Origin: Octopus bimaculoides | Taxonomy: Eukaryota | Direction of reading: 5' to 3' | Length of the DNA: 64,000 nt | NCBI RefSeq assembly: GCF_001194135.2 | Contig: NC_068984.1 | Location: 84,110,737-84,174,736 of the forward strand | Shown here: positions 1 through 13,605 of the stretch, in pieces | Numbering within the stretch: position 1 is the first letter of the stretch | Layout of the letters: every line of letters starts with the position of its first letter | Program-made: the position numbers and the translations under genes | The notes under the pieces: model-generated | Databases searched by the model: none | Told to the model about the DNA's origin: nothing | Seen by the model: the letters and a program-made list of their open reading frames with translations, nothing else

Positions 1-55
1 CAGATTCAAATAATACTGGAACTAGTTGACTTTTAACTTGAAAGAACTTGGCTTG
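1..55 (-). CDS. NDC1: NDC1 exon 6, truncated by window edge (QAKFFQVKSQLVPVLFES...)
   Basis: Acceptor catcttttccag|CAA, phase 0. Matches human QYKFLRFRRSLLLLVKHS. Confidence 0.88.
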
Positions 56-576
56 CTGGAAAAGATGTTAAGTGGTTTTCAAATAGATGTTTCTGGATGC
101 ATTGCAAGTGAGTAGCTATGGTCATTCATAAACGAAAGGTACATGTAAAAGTTGTCACCAGTAAGAGTATTATCAATCAATGTCAAGTACTGGAAAGCCA
201 AGGTAAGATTCTTGCAAGTTGAACTTATGACCCAGTTTTGACTTGGAGATAGTAACAATTTCATTTAACTTACACCATTAAAATCTTTAATGAAAGTATG
301 AAAGCTATACATCCTCATTTCCATTTCCTATACAACAAAAGCCTTATATATGTGAAAGAAACCAATATTTATTTATTTCCTATAACTGAGATAAATAAAG
401 TCAATTGAGATATTTATTCGTAATCAGTGGCGTCTGTCAATGGTTGATTTTGGATAGAAAAGAAACGAGAGGGGTTATGCTCATATCCTTTTCAAGGACA
501 TTACTTACATAACTGAAATAATTCAGATTGGGAATCAAAGCCAGTATGTGAGCTGTTACTAAAACTTTAATGTATA

Positions 577-738
577 GGCGCAGGAGTGGCTGTGTGGTCA
601 GTAGCTTGCTTACCAACCACATAGTTCTGGGTTCATTCCCACTGTGTGGCACCTTGGGCAAGTGTCTTCTACTATAGTCTCGGGCCGACCAAAGCCTTGT
701 GAGTGGATTTGGTAGACAGAAACTGAAAGAAGCCCGTC

Positions 739-778
<40 letters not shown>

Positions 779-949
779 TTGTGTGTTTACGTCCCCGTAA
801 CTTAGTGGTTCGGCAAAAGAGACCGATAGAATAAGTACTAGGCTTACAAAGAATAAGTCCTGGGGTCGATTTGCTCGACTGAAGGCGGTGCTCCAGCATG
901 GCCACAGTCAAATGACTGAAACAAGTAAAAGAGTAAAGAGTAAAGAGTA
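577..949 (+). mobile_element. Octopus-type tRNA-derived SINE (family A), near full length, in NDC1 intron 5
   Basis: A-box TGGCTGTGTGG, B-box-like GGTTCATTCCC, internal (TG)n and an (AAGAGTA)n tail. Many copies in the window. Confidence 0.85.
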
Positions 950-1115
950 CTATGAAAAAAAAAAAAAATAATAATAGTAAAATGATAAATGTATAATAGT
1001 CTGATCTTAACGATGATAATAAATTCTATGCAGACACAGTTATGAAATATAAACTATAAAAAACAATGTAGTTAAATAGTTATTTTCAACAGAAACTCCA
1101 GTAGAATGAACTTAC

Positions 1116-1239
1116 CTGTATAATTTTGAAAGGTGTATAGTTGTACTGATTCCTATAAAACCTTAGATGGAACAACAATCCATGATAAATGGCTGCAGTC
1201 AGTAAGAAAAGTTTGTTGTCATTCAGGTAGATGGCAGGG
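1116..1239 (-). CDS. NDC1: NDC1 exon 5 (PAIYLNDNKLFLLTAAIYHGLLFHLRFYRNQYNYTPFKIIQ)
   Basis: Acceptor tattcttccag and donor CAG|GTAAGT; 124 nt, phase 2 to 0. Matches human CLNEYHLFFLLTGAFMG...NYLPFPIIQ. Confidence 0.93.
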
Positions 1240-2125
1240 CTGGAAGAATATAACAAACTCCATTTAGATGGTGTGAGTGTATGTGCACACATTTTGTTAT
1301 TTGTTGTTGCAGTTTAACTTGGTCTGCATTGATTAAGTAGATTTATGCTCAAAAGTAATCCAGCTGCAGTTAGCCTGTCTCTCCCTCTCAGGACGCAATA
1401 CATGTAGAACTAGTATTACATTAACCAATGTGTTGTTCCTTTTTGTTGAGAAGGTTGATTTGGGAAAATTTAGCTTCTAGAAAGGCTCTCTCATTGGTAA
1501 GCTACCTCATTGGCTTGTGTCATCTGTCATTATGTGGAGGTAGAAGTATAACTAAATCAAATATCAAAGCTATCTAAATCATATTTGTGTACCAAGAATA
1601 TCTTGTCCACTGGGTGAAAGCTTGTTTCTTGTAATTAATAGTGCATCAAGCCACTGAGCAAGGCACTAAACTCTTAATCTCTCAATAACTAAATAGGTAT
1701 CATGAAGACGTACAGTTCACAACTGTAAACAGCAGTAGTGTCAATAAAGACTTCATAAATGCTTTGCTAATTTGCATTGTTAATTTCAAATCCTTCTCAG
1801 TATCCCCTCTTTAATCATTTTACAAAGATGATATGAAGTCTTCAGTGACAAACTAGGAAATGACTGTAGCAAAAAGAAATGAAGAGAGTTAGTATCATAA
1901 AGATTATACTTTTCAATTCTAGAATTTATTAAATAAAGAAATTTAATGTGAGAAAATATAATAATGATGTTAATCTGTCAGTATAAAGAACCCTGCCAAA
2001 ACAATCCAACTCTATCACCCTCCCTAACTAAATGAAAATTCACTGTCTTTAAAGGTTAGGAGGATGAAGAGCTAATTCTGAAACAACTGTGAAGTTCAAT
2101 CCCTGATCTACAGCTTTGACCACAG

Positions 2126-2167
<42 letters not shown>

Positions 2168-3592
2168 GAATAATAACACCAGTTGAAACCTTGGTACCAA
2201 CATTCCCTCTAATTTTCTATGACAAAGATATGTGTTCACAGAATGTATTTAATAAGCATAATTATTGACAAAAGTACATGCACATTGAATGAATAACAGC
2301 ATAGTTATTAGATACTATATTTTAGCAACTAACCTCTTGTGCATCATTAGTTTCATTGTCTGTTGGTTACAAAATGTAAATGTGCATGCATACACACACA
2401 CACAGCTCAGAGGGAACATTGCTTGGTGCAGCTACTCTATAGTTAGTGTCAATTGGCAATGTGTAACCTACCAAAAGATGATAAAGGCACATCTTTGGTC
2501 ATAGGTCATTTCAATCAAAGTTGACCTAGAGCTAAATAAACAACAACTGTGATTTAAATAGGAACAGTAACTATAGTTCTAATTATAGAGTTGAGTGATT
2601 AGCAATTAGAAGGATATTCTGTTGTAAAAGTTTGCTTTTTATTTCAATAATGTTTCATGCTGAATATGGTTTAGTATTATAAAGCTGACAATCTTGTAGC
2701 ACTCCTGGAATTGTGATTGCCACTCTAGGACATTGGAACATACAGGTTAAAAAACAGATGGATTAGACACTTAAATCTAAGATGTTGATTCAGAATGATC
2801 CCTATTCAGTTGGTTATCAATATCATGTGCTAATCTATGATACAGCACCGAAAAATATTGTCTTCAGACAATAAGGATTACATATTCTTCAAAGCTTCAC
2901 TCCATTGCTCAGAGTAGCAATGAGTGAAACTTCAATTTCATAAATATGTGTTTGTGTGTGTGTATTAGATATATGTATGTTTTTGTTCCCAAATGAAAGA
3001 GTACTCAATACAGGATGTAGAACATTTTTATTAGGAATTAATTGATGACCAACACTTATTGTTAGATAGACTTTCATACCATGTGATCTCATCTGGCCAA
3101 TTTCAAAGTGACTTGAATGAAAGCATGTGGCATGATACTGAATAACAACTAAGTGGAAGTGAATCATCAACTGACTATTGGTCATGTGGTTAAGAAGTTT
3201 GTTACCCAATCACATGGTTTCAGGTTCAATCCCACTGCATGGCATCTTGGAGGAGTGTCTTCTACTAGAGTAGCTCTGGTAAATGGAAACTGAAAGAAGC
3301 CTGTTGTGTGAGTATATGTGTGTGTATTTCAATATATATATATCTATGTGTGAGTTAGTGTCTCCTTGCCTGGACATTGGGTGATAGTTGAAAATGACTG
3401 CCACTGTGGTGTCCTTTGTTTCCAATTTCTATAAAAACATGTCTGGTCATTGGAAATATCTTACCTGGTAATGGGAAGGGCATCTAGTCATAGAAAACCT
3501 GCCGCAACAAATTTGAGCATGAAAAAGTGTTTGTTAAAATGACGGTGTGTGTGTGTGTATGTATGTATATATATATATTTATTTCACTTTAC

Positions 3593-3764
3593 CTATCTTC
3601 TGCACAGGGAACAGCCAGTGTGGAGAAAGAGTCCTTCATTATCCATGAAGCAAATACTGTGATGAGCATACTGGAAATGGTATAGATAAATCCCTGGAGA
3701 ATATATTGGATGCGGAAGAACTCCAAGACATTATTAAGCCTGGTTGTTGATATTTGAGGAACCA
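3593..3764 (-). CDS. NDC1: NDC1 exon 4 (VVPQISTTRLNNVLEFFRIQYILQGFIYTISSMLITVFASWIMKDSFSTLAVPCAED)
   Basis: Acceptor tttcatttaaacag and donor ATAG|GTAAAG; 172 nt open, phase 1 to 2. Matches human VVPSIPCSRL...YSFLVVPC. Confidence 0.92.
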
Positions 3765-4546
3765 CTGTTTAAATGAAACAGAATATAAACAATATAAATG
3801 ACATTGAAACATTGAACATGAAGTTCAACACAGGAAGAAGTCATGGGATAAAAAGGTTTATCTGCTACAGATAATTTATTAAGAAAGGATCTCTAGTTCT
3901 TCTGTAAGTTTATAGTGATATTAACTGTAAATTTTCCCCTTCTCTTCAATTGTCTTAAGGTGATATTGTGGAGTTAGCTCTGGGTCTACTGTTGTAATCA
4001 TTGGACTATTTAAAAAAGGTGGAAAAAAAAAAAGACTTAGAGGAGGAGCAGTTGTTATTCTCAAAGATATCTGACCCAAAATTTTGCAATGGCATGGACT
4101 CAACTCACAGCACACTCATGATCTGAATGGTGGTGTTAAACTAGATGACAGGTCCTTAGAGACCTAAAAATGACAACACTGTTATTCTGAGACAAACCAA
4201 TACATTAGTGGTTATAACACCAAACTCTGATGGTAAAATAATGATTCTAATTTCAACCCAAAGACAAGTTGAAGGGTATCAGTAAAACCTTATATTAGGA
4301 AAATAGTCTAAAAAATGTATTTAAAAAAAAGGGCAACTCTCAAAATTTGAACAAATATTCAAAAATTACCTACAAGTCTCTAGTCTGGAGAGGAATTTCT
4401 TTCCAAGCAATCTCCCCTGATTAAACAATCAAAAATAATATATCTAATACAACTGTGTTAATGAATTTACTGATTCAGTGTTTATTAAATATCTAAAATG
4501 ATTTGCCAAGTGGAAATAATGATATGACAATATTAACAGACTAAGT

Positions 4547-4767
4547 AAGGTGACGAGCTGGCAGAAATGTTAGCACACCAGGCAAAATGCTTAGAGGTAT
4601 TTTGTTTGCCTTTACATTCCAAGTTCAAATTCTGCTGAGGTCAACTTTGCCTTTCATCCTTTCAGGGTTGATAAATTAAGTACCAGTTGCATACTGAGCT
4701 CATCTAATTGATTGCCCCACTCTCCCACAAAATTTCAGGCCTTGTGCCTAGAGTAGAAAGGAATATT
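4547..4767 (+). mobile_element. tRNA-derived SINE family C (Meta-domain-like core)
   Basis: GAGCTGGCAGAA head, GTTCAAATTC B-box and core GCCTTTCATCCTTTCAGGGTTGATAAATTAAGTACC. Further copies at about 14800-15700 (several, minus), 23228-23440, 35665-35900, 36640-36805 and 38060-38260. Confidence 0.75.
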
Positions 4768-6304
4768 AATGGACTAAGTTTTCACTGGAAACTGAATTTT
4801 GAATCCATTAATTTGTGTTTGAACATATCAGTGGTATTACTTTAGTCGTTTGGATACAACCCACCTGAGAAGATCACTTGTTTTAAGATACAAAATGGCC
4901 CATTTTAATGCACTCGTATTTAAATTAAAACTTTACATCATAATTTTATGCAAGAACTTTTAGTTATGTTCCAAATAGCAACTTAATGCACTTGTTAATG
5001 ACAAAGTTATTTTATTAAATCCATCCGAAATTTTGATTACTTTCAAAATCAATTGAACCATATAAGCAGTGTATTTCATTAAAAATATAGTCATAAAAGA
5101 GTTAATGTTGAATTTTCCCAAAAACTTAAAAACAGAGGTAGATTAAAAGTACATTACCAATAATCTGTTTCAGTCAGCATTTCAAGTTTTATTGTACTAC
5201 TAATTTCAAAGAATTTATTCAAGTTTTTCAAAATTTATATCATAGGCCAGGTGACTTACTTGATTACTTGAAAAATACTTCATAGATGAAAGCAGCTATT
5301 AAAGCCAGGTACAGCCTAAGAGGGCTATACTAATACTGTAATATTTCAAAACTTTTTTATTCTACTCATCTTTGTGTAGATATAAACATTCACATTACAA
5401 GCACATACATACTATGTGAAAATTTTGATTACTACACAAAGACCATAGGTGAACTAAAACCCGATCAACTAACAGTAGAGTGTTTACTGATTAGGCTACT
5501 AAATTTGGTCAAAATTGTTGTTGACTAATATGGGAGTAATTCTCTAAAATATCAAAACACTTAAGACTTATACCAAATCAGCAATTTAAATGTAGGTTGA
5601 AACAAACCCCAAATTTTCATGAAACTATGTGTGCCATATTGAAGATGTTTCTGAGAAGTTGGTCACCCACCCTGTCCAATCCTCTGTACCACCCACCTTA
5701 CATTCACCTATTTGTACCTTGAGGGTATGGCCTAGTACATCTTTATTACCATACTCTCTCTTTCCAAATGGGGTAACCATGTAGCTCCTTTACAGCAAGA
5801 CACTTGTTTCTCTCCCTCTATCATAGCTTAACCTCTCATCCCCTGACACAAAGCCACCTCCCTCAATACCAATCCCCTTCTCAGTTGAGGTCTTTGTTTT
5901 GCAAGTTACTTGGTGATTTTGCTGGAGCTGGTTCCACACAGAAGACATGTAGTACACTCTGTAAAGTGGTTGGCATTAAGAAGAACATCCAGCCAGAGAA
6001 ATCATGCCAAAGCTGACAACAAAGCTTGGCACAATACTGATTTGACATCTGTCAAACCATCCAAACCTTCCTTGCATGGAAAAACTGATGTTAAAAGGTG
6101 AATGATGATGATGATAGTCAAGAAATTTCTGAGACTGGCTAAATAACTGCTTAATACTGATGGGGAATTATACCTCACAGATGTCATAGCATGACTTAGG
6201 CTTGGCATACATGGATGACCCTTCTAGTGAAAAGGAAGTTCAAATTCATGCATGCAGGTATTAGAAGTGATGAAATAACAAGGGTTTGTTGGTATGGAAC
6301 TTAC

Positions 6305-6406
6305 CTGTATAGTGATGTGAATTATAGACAGCCAATATGGCATGCAGAGAGACAGCAAGTATAGTAAAACAGAGGGCTCTTAGAGTGAAATAGGCTCCAA
6401 AGTAAT
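6305..6406 (-). CDS. NDC1: NDC1 exon 3 (DYFGAYFTLRALCFTILAVSLHAILAVYNSHHYT, TM2)
   Basis: Acceptor ttatttttag and donor CAG|GTAAGT; 102 nt, phase 1 to 1. Hydrophobic and collinear with human DSFSDLYSSYVIFYFLLLSVVIIIISIFNVEFYA. Confidence 0.9.
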
Positions 6407-9352
6407 CTAAAAATAACAAGATATCATGGGAAATAATTTTAGAATAATCAGTTTTGACAAGAACATAGATGTTTTATCTTCAGGACAAACAACACATAAA
6501 AATAATAGTAATAGCAGCTTCCTCAAGCCAATTCTTTCTTTCATAAAAATAAAGAAAAAGAAAAGAGAAAAAAACAAAAGAAAAAGACAAATTAAATAAT
6601 TGTCCATGAGACATTGTATCTGAATCAGTAATAAACACCAACATAGGTGTAAACAATGACTTTGTTGGTAACCCTGTTTAACTGATACAGATTTACTGGA
6701 AACTAATAGAACTGAAGAAAACATGGTTAATTCTACCCATTTCTATTCACATATTTATATGCAAGATTATGAGTTATTAACTTGTTAGATCTGGGAAAGT
6801 TATTTGCCTAAGACAAGTGAGTTATTTAAGGAGGGGTTTCTCTCTTATCACTGCAGATTGCAAAATAGATTAGGAAATAGAAGATACAGTAGTTATTTTT
6901 GGTGTTTAATGCAGTGAGCATTAAAGACAGAAAGTTAACCCTAGTTCAGGTCCTATGCATTTTCAAAAATCCCTAATAACAGATTGACAATATTCTTATA
7001 ATTCTTTATAATGCTACATTTTTACGCCTAAATTTAACCTTTATTAAAAGTCTTTACATCAACTTAAAGCCCTGTGACAATCAAGATAAAAAGTTGTGAG
7101 AAACTCTAAGTCGAAATCCTGTCAGATTTGGCCTTCTCATCTGTACCTGTTCTATGTGTTATAAAAAGGTCGGACACCAGTTTTTTTATGTTGGTTGTTT
7201 ATCACGACAACAGGTCGTTGAAATGTGAGATATACTATATCTTTATTTATAATGTTTTCATTCGTAAGTTATAACGAATTTTATTGTTTATTAATTAAAA
7301 GCTATAATGATAATTTCGTTACTTATAACTTAATTATAAGTATTTATCACTAAGCATAACTCTTAGTTTAGTTTAGTTTAGTTTAGTTTAGGCTGCGTAA
7401 ATGTTATGATGTATACATGATAAGACGCTGGATGAGCGTTTATTACGTGCATGTATGTTGAAGATATAGATTATATTCTTTTGACCGTTACACATAAAAA
7501 AAATACAGTTTCATTAATATACAGAAATAAATTCAACAAGTTGAAAGAAACGAGAAGTAAAAGGAATTAAGTTTCTACATTAATTTATTATATACATATT
7601 TTTTACATTATAGATATTTAGAAACAAAGCATTTCATCGTAGAGAATTTACGACTTAAATTTATCATTAACTAGTTTCTCATTCTAACTAATAAGGTTTC
7701 ACGACAATTCAATATTGTCGGATTTGAGTATTGAACATGACATATATATTTGCCTATACTCAAAAGGGTGAGTGTCGCGGACTTGAGTAAAACCCAACGA
7801 ACACTGGAGATTTGGCCGAAAATCAGGGTTTTTATAACTACTCATACACGAATCATAGAACCGTAACCCCGTGAAAGATTTCTTCAACGAAGTTCATAAT
7901 TCGTATATGGGCAGTAATTTTTAACCAATGAGAAATCAATAATTTCTCATGTTCGGGCAAACGATCTTACGTTCTCTCTCTGCCTCTATTGAGTTTGCTA
8001 CACCTGTAAGGTTTACAGTATAAGCACCAGTAATATTCTGGAATAAATTTATGCAACTACATATGACTTTATAAAGGGCAGTGGGCGGGATGGCCATAGT
8101 TAGAATGTTGATCAAAGGTTTGCTCAATAAAGGCAGACCTAACTTTCTTCCATATATTTCATTGGTATTTTTCACAGAATGTGACAGGAGTTCGTAAGAT
8201 ATCACCTTAAATATGCCCACATAGATTACACCAACACAAATAATACAAACACAAAGGAAATGAAATTGACAGAATATAAAACTGCATAAAAACTGTCAGA
8301 GAAAAGAAAGAAAGACTCAGCCAAAACTAGAAAAGAGAAAATTCTGATGACCCTGAGTGACTATTAACCCACATTTTATCTGGGTAGAAAGCAGGTATAG
8401 AAGTGTGACATATCAAATCTTGACATTTTAACTAAACACCCATGAAAACAGACTTTCATAAGGTCATGACATAAGTATATTAATAACTTCCTTTTGTTTA
8501 GATATGGGACAAAATAAATGATGAGTGACTCATGAAGTAGGTATGTCATCAAGAAAGACAATATATGAGTGTACATCACACACACTGCATTTGTTGTAGA
8601 AGCAAGCAAATTTTATATACGCTTGCAAATTCATGAACACACACACACACAGGTGCCAGCATGACTAAGTGGTTAAGCAGTTCTACTTCCCAACCATGTA
8701 GTTTTGGGTTCCATCCTACTGTTTGGCACCTTGGGTAAAAGGTTTCTGCCGTAGTTCTTAGGTGACTGAAGCCTTGTAAGTGAATTTTGTAGACAGATGC
8801 CTACCATGTATGAGTCAGTTTATATTTCCCCTTGTCTTCAGGTGTATTCACTGGTTATAAACAATGGTGTTGTTTGCTGGCAGTTCACTGCAAAAGGGAT
8901 CTTTGTAAACAAAAGGTTAATTCATAAGGTGTCATTTGTTTCCAGTTCTTTGTGTAACCATATATCTGGCCTGTTTGTTGTTTAACAGACGAGGATCTTG
9001 TTACCTTACTTGGAAACAGATGGAGATTGGCATCAGGAAAGGTATTTGGCCATGGAAAGCTATGCCCTAATGCACTCTTGTCTGACTAATGCAAGCAGAG
9101 AAAAGCAGACATTAAATGACTTTTTTTACGTGTGTGTGTGTGTGTGTGTGTGTGTGTTAGACCTCTGAACTCAGCACATTTTATTTCATTCTCTCTCTAG
9201 TTATTTACTCTTATTCCTTTCTGTTGAAGAATGTAGGCTTGAAACATAAAAGACTTCTCCATTTTTCCCAAGCATCAAACTAATACACTTGCTTGTTGTT
9301 CTTACACTTGTCTTTGTTTTTCTATAAATTTGAACTATATATATATATGTGT

Positions 9353-9712
9353 GTAGGAGTGGCTGTGTAGTAAGTAGCTAGCTTGTTTACCAGCCACATG
9401 GTTCTGGGTTCAGTCCCACTGCGTGGCACCTTGGGTAAGTGTCTTCTACTATAGCCTCAGGCCGACCAAAGCCTTGTGAGTGGATTTGGTAGACGGTGTG
9501 TGTATATGTTTGTGTGTCTGTGTTTGTCCCCCCAACATCACTTGACAACTGATACTGGTGTGTTTACACCCCTGTAACTTAGCGGTTCAGCAAAAGAGAC
9601 CGATAGAATAAGTACTAGGCTCACAAAGAATAAGTTCTGGGGTTGATTTGCTCAACTAAAGGCGGTGCTCCAGCATGGCCACAGTCAAATAACTGAAACA
9701 AGTAAAAGAGTA
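9353..9712 (+). mobile_element. SINE family A copy
   Basis: Collinear with 577-949. Confidence 0.85.
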
Positions 9713-10542
9713 CATCCTGGTACTCAACTAAGAGTCCACCACAACTTAACAATATGTGGACATGAAGTTAGATAAATGAGCTTATTTGAGAAAAAGTGTA
9801 TTACTGGAATATGGTACTAAACGCAATTGAAAACAAATAGTTTAATTACAAAATATACTATTGTTCTTTCAATATAAACAAATTTATATACCAAATATAC
9901 TTTAATATACACAACCCAAGAATGTCAAAACTTTCATGCTGTAAACATGTTTCAGCATATTTATCATTATTGGATTCAATTTCTATAGCCTCATTAATAA
10001 TTTACTTATAACTAACAATTCAGTTGGGAATAAACTATAACAGCTAAAATTAAAACAAATGCTTTTGTGGAACGAACCAATCATAAGCTGAACACTATGA
10101 AGGGAGATAAGCAAGTGCATAAGACATTTCTATTTTACAAAATTGATCTCTTGATCATTCACTAATATTCAATAATAGGAGCATTTGAAGAATGGAAATA
10201 GTCTATGATGAAGCTATTTACATTTTCAATTGTCTTTGGAATTGTATCATTGTAATACATTTATTTGTTTCTAACATAAATATGTTTTAATGTTTCTTCA
10301 ATAAACACCTTTTTAAAACTGTAAATAAGAATCTTTTGAAAGTGTTTTTTATTAATTTTCCCGAGAATATTTTGGAATTTGGAGTTTCTATCTTTCGATA
10401 TAGCATTTGCTAATGTAGTTTTCATTATTTCAATCCTACCCACCCCACTCCAAATACAAATTCCCAACACATGACCACAACAGTTCAGCCATTGTACCAA
10501 TAATTGTGTAAACCCACAGAAAAAAAAAAAAAAGAAAATTAC

Positions 10543-10645
10543 CTGACAGCTGAAGAAAGTATGTTATAACAATATAAGCTAGTGAGACAATGATTGCTAT
10601 GACAGAAGACCACCAAATACTGGCACCACATCGCCAACGATGCAC
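10543..10645 (-). CDS. NDC1: NDC1 exon 2 (VHRWRCGASIWWSSVIAIIVSLAYIVITYFLQLS, TM1)
   Basis: Acceptor ttttgcttttag|GTG and donor TCAG|GTAATT; 103 nt, phase 0 to 1. Resembles human NDC1 VLGWRIVASIVWSVLFLP as recalled. Confidence 0.9.
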
Positions 10646-12978
10646 CTAAAAGCAAAAGACAAAAAAAAAAATATCCCTCTGAATTATATGTGGCTGAGTT
10701 ACAAAAACAAACAAACAATTTAACACACGAACTGATTAAGCAATTTTTTTCAAGGTAATGAATAGATATAAATTTTTAATCCTTTTGTTACCATATTTCT
10801 GTTAAAATACATTGTTTTTGTTTCAATTGATTTAGAAAATAATGAAGAATGTGGTAAAATTATCTGTTAAGATGGTGTTTAGAATAAGGAAATATTTGGC
10901 GCATGTGCGCACACACACACACACACAGACATACACATGTAGAAAACAAATTAAGAGAAAATAACTCAAAATGGGTCAGTGACATGAATTTTGAAGGGGA
11001 GTGTACTGAATGTTGTACATGATAAATTTCTAATTTTTAAAAAGTGCCTTTGCAGACAGAGGAAGTAAATAAAAGCCTAGTGGTGATTGTGACCAACTCT
11101 GAATGTTAGGGAGATAATTTCAAAAAGAATAAAAAATATTTCTTAATGAATTATCATGCTGGAAAAAAAATGACTATCTGAATTTCATTTAAAAGGCAAG
11201 GGACAAACTAGACTTCAAAACAAAAATCATTAACCATTCATTAAGAAATATTAATTTATTCAAATTATCTCCCCTACTTATTCAGAATCGTTAAGTTTTG
11301 TTTACTAAAATTTATATAAGTTCATTATACCACTGTTTGCCATTTAGATGCTACTGATAATATTAACCTACAACAAACTTAGATATAGCTATGATGACAG
11401 TGTTTGCATTTGGCATGAGGTCAGAAGCAAGCATTCAGTGGGCCCAAGTCTTTGAACTTTGGTCATCAGCCTAGATCAAGAAGATCCATTACTTTTTATC
11501 AAAGCATTCATTTGCCAGGTGCTAGCTGCAGGTCAACTCTGATTGAGCAAACCCATGATCAAAAGCATTGTGGCCAAGTTGAGCCTGTCTTTTTATGGCT
11601 AGTTAAGGCTGTCTTTCCCAAGATGAGTGTGATTTAAAGAAGATTTGGCTGTTACCTTCAGTAGGTTGAGTTACTACACACAGACGTTTCCTTCTAACAG
11701 ATAGATACACATTTTTGATTTCAGAGGTCCTCACAATCTGGTTTTGATTGTTGGTCATTTTAGGAGTAGTTAAGGTCATTTCATTTCAATTACATTAGTT
11801 AATACTCTTTGGATAGGCATAAACACTTGGGTTTCATACTTCAAGCCTCTCCACCAAAAATATCCCATGCCTCAAGATCATACCGAAAACAGTTTAGAAG
11901 CCAGTTTTGATTTCAAGTATGTGAAGTTATTATCACTTAAAATTACAATGCTAATACCTCTGCTGCTTCTATCTTGAGAAAAGTATGAAGAGTACAACTT
12001 CAAAGTTTCCCCTCCTCTCCCAGAGTCAATAAAGATAAGTTTATGTGCCACTGATTTTAAAGTGTCATGCAGAAGCCATCAAGACAGAACCTCTACATAA
12101 TTGCTAGACCTGCTATTAACCCGTTACCTACCAGTGATCTCATATGAGATCACTTAAAAATTACAAATTTCGTAATTATCCGTCAATATTTACACATATC
12201 TAACCTTTTTGCTATATCTACTAGGTATATTTCTCCGATATTCAAATGAGGTTTGCTAATTTTTCACCCAATATCTCGCTTATTTCTATTTAAAATGTTA
12301 TTTTGACCATTCCAGTGTGTTTCTAAGGCTGTTTTATGCTAGAAATCAAAGTTTCATAAAAAAATTCCAGTTAATAGAATTATGGGAGGTAATAAATAGG
12401 AGCAAAATCTCCTTCAAAGAACACAATCAAGGATAGTACATACCAAAGTACATTATTCTTGAAAATAACAGAATTACCATGGTTTGAATGCCTTTGATCA
12501 TAACTTTGCTTGTTAAGTAATGACCTGGGGCTAAACAACAAGAACAGTTACACAGAAAGAGATATTTACTTCTTAACTATACCAACATATTTTTCTTTAG
12601 TTTTGTTGATTTTGTGAATTATTTTCTCTTCTTTTTATTAGTTTCCAAGTAACTGATTGATAAACAAGCAAGTAACTACTGCAGGGCAGAAATAGCCAGT
12701 AACCATACAAGTTTATCATAAGCACACACACTACATATTATATTCTATGTGTCAATGATAGAATTTGTCTAAATGTAAACAAGGCTGTGAGTGTGTACAA
12801 ATATCACATATACATATATGCACACCTCACACATGCAAGTGTATATCACACACACACACACACTGAAATTAATTATTCTCATTTGATACTTTGTAAAATG
12901 TTAAAAAAATATTTTTTCTGAGATAAAGCTTTCAAGACAGCCTTAGGAACAAGCAGTTTTTCAGTCTGGTGATTAACA

Positions 12979-13311
12979 CTGTGGTTCTCAATCTTTTTGA
13001 CTTTGTAGTGGCACACAGGAGATCAAATTATTGAGACAAAAAAATTACTAGCACACTTTACATGGAAAGTTAAAGAAACAAACTGTTATTAAAGTTTAAA
13101 TTTTATGAAGAAATGTTGAAAACTATTGCTTATAATGCTATATAAATTATATGACAGCAAAATTAACAATAATGTGGTTTTCAAGACACTCAAGCATTAG
13201 ACTGGAATTTCTAAACCATTTTTAATTTAATTTTTTATTATTTATTTCTAAAATTCCAGAGTACACCTAGATAGCTTTTTGATGTACCACTGCACTGTTC
13301 AAGAACCACCA
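12979..13311. mobile_element. Degenerate hAT MITE
   Basis: CTGTGGTTCTCAA...TTCAAGAACCAC termini resemble the 59169 element; no TSD recognised. Confidence 0.55.
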
Positions 13312-13605
13312 TTCTAGGGAATCTACTTCTATATTCTACTTATTTTGATGACCTTAGAAAGATAACAAGCTAAGTTAACTAACTAGAAGGATGAAATTAA
13401 ACAGCAGTATAATATTGATTTCAAATTTTGGGACAAGGCCAACAATTTTAGTACTTATTCTATCGGCTGTGAAAGGATGAAAAGCAAAGTTGATCATAGC
13501 AAAATTTAAACTGAAAATGTGAAGACGGATGAAATACTGCTAACTATTTTGCCCAGTATTTTAACAATTTTGCCAGCTCATTGCCTTAAACAGTGATATG
13601 ATATT

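Noticed and set aside
79-264. 61-aa minus ORF next to NDC1
   Set aside because: It lies in intron 5; the true exon starts at 55 in a different frame.
577-680. tRNA gene
   Set aside because: A/B boxes belong to SINE heads; no complete cloverleaf was found.
118-3750. Apparent plus-strand spliced zinc-finger-like peptide (CQVLESQG|NSQCGERVLHYP*SKYCDEH) with an in-frame TGA that might suggest selenocysteine
   Set aside because: The 3609-3750 part is the antisense shadow of NDC1 exon 4, which is open and homologous on the minus strand. The plus frame has stops and no supporting gene.
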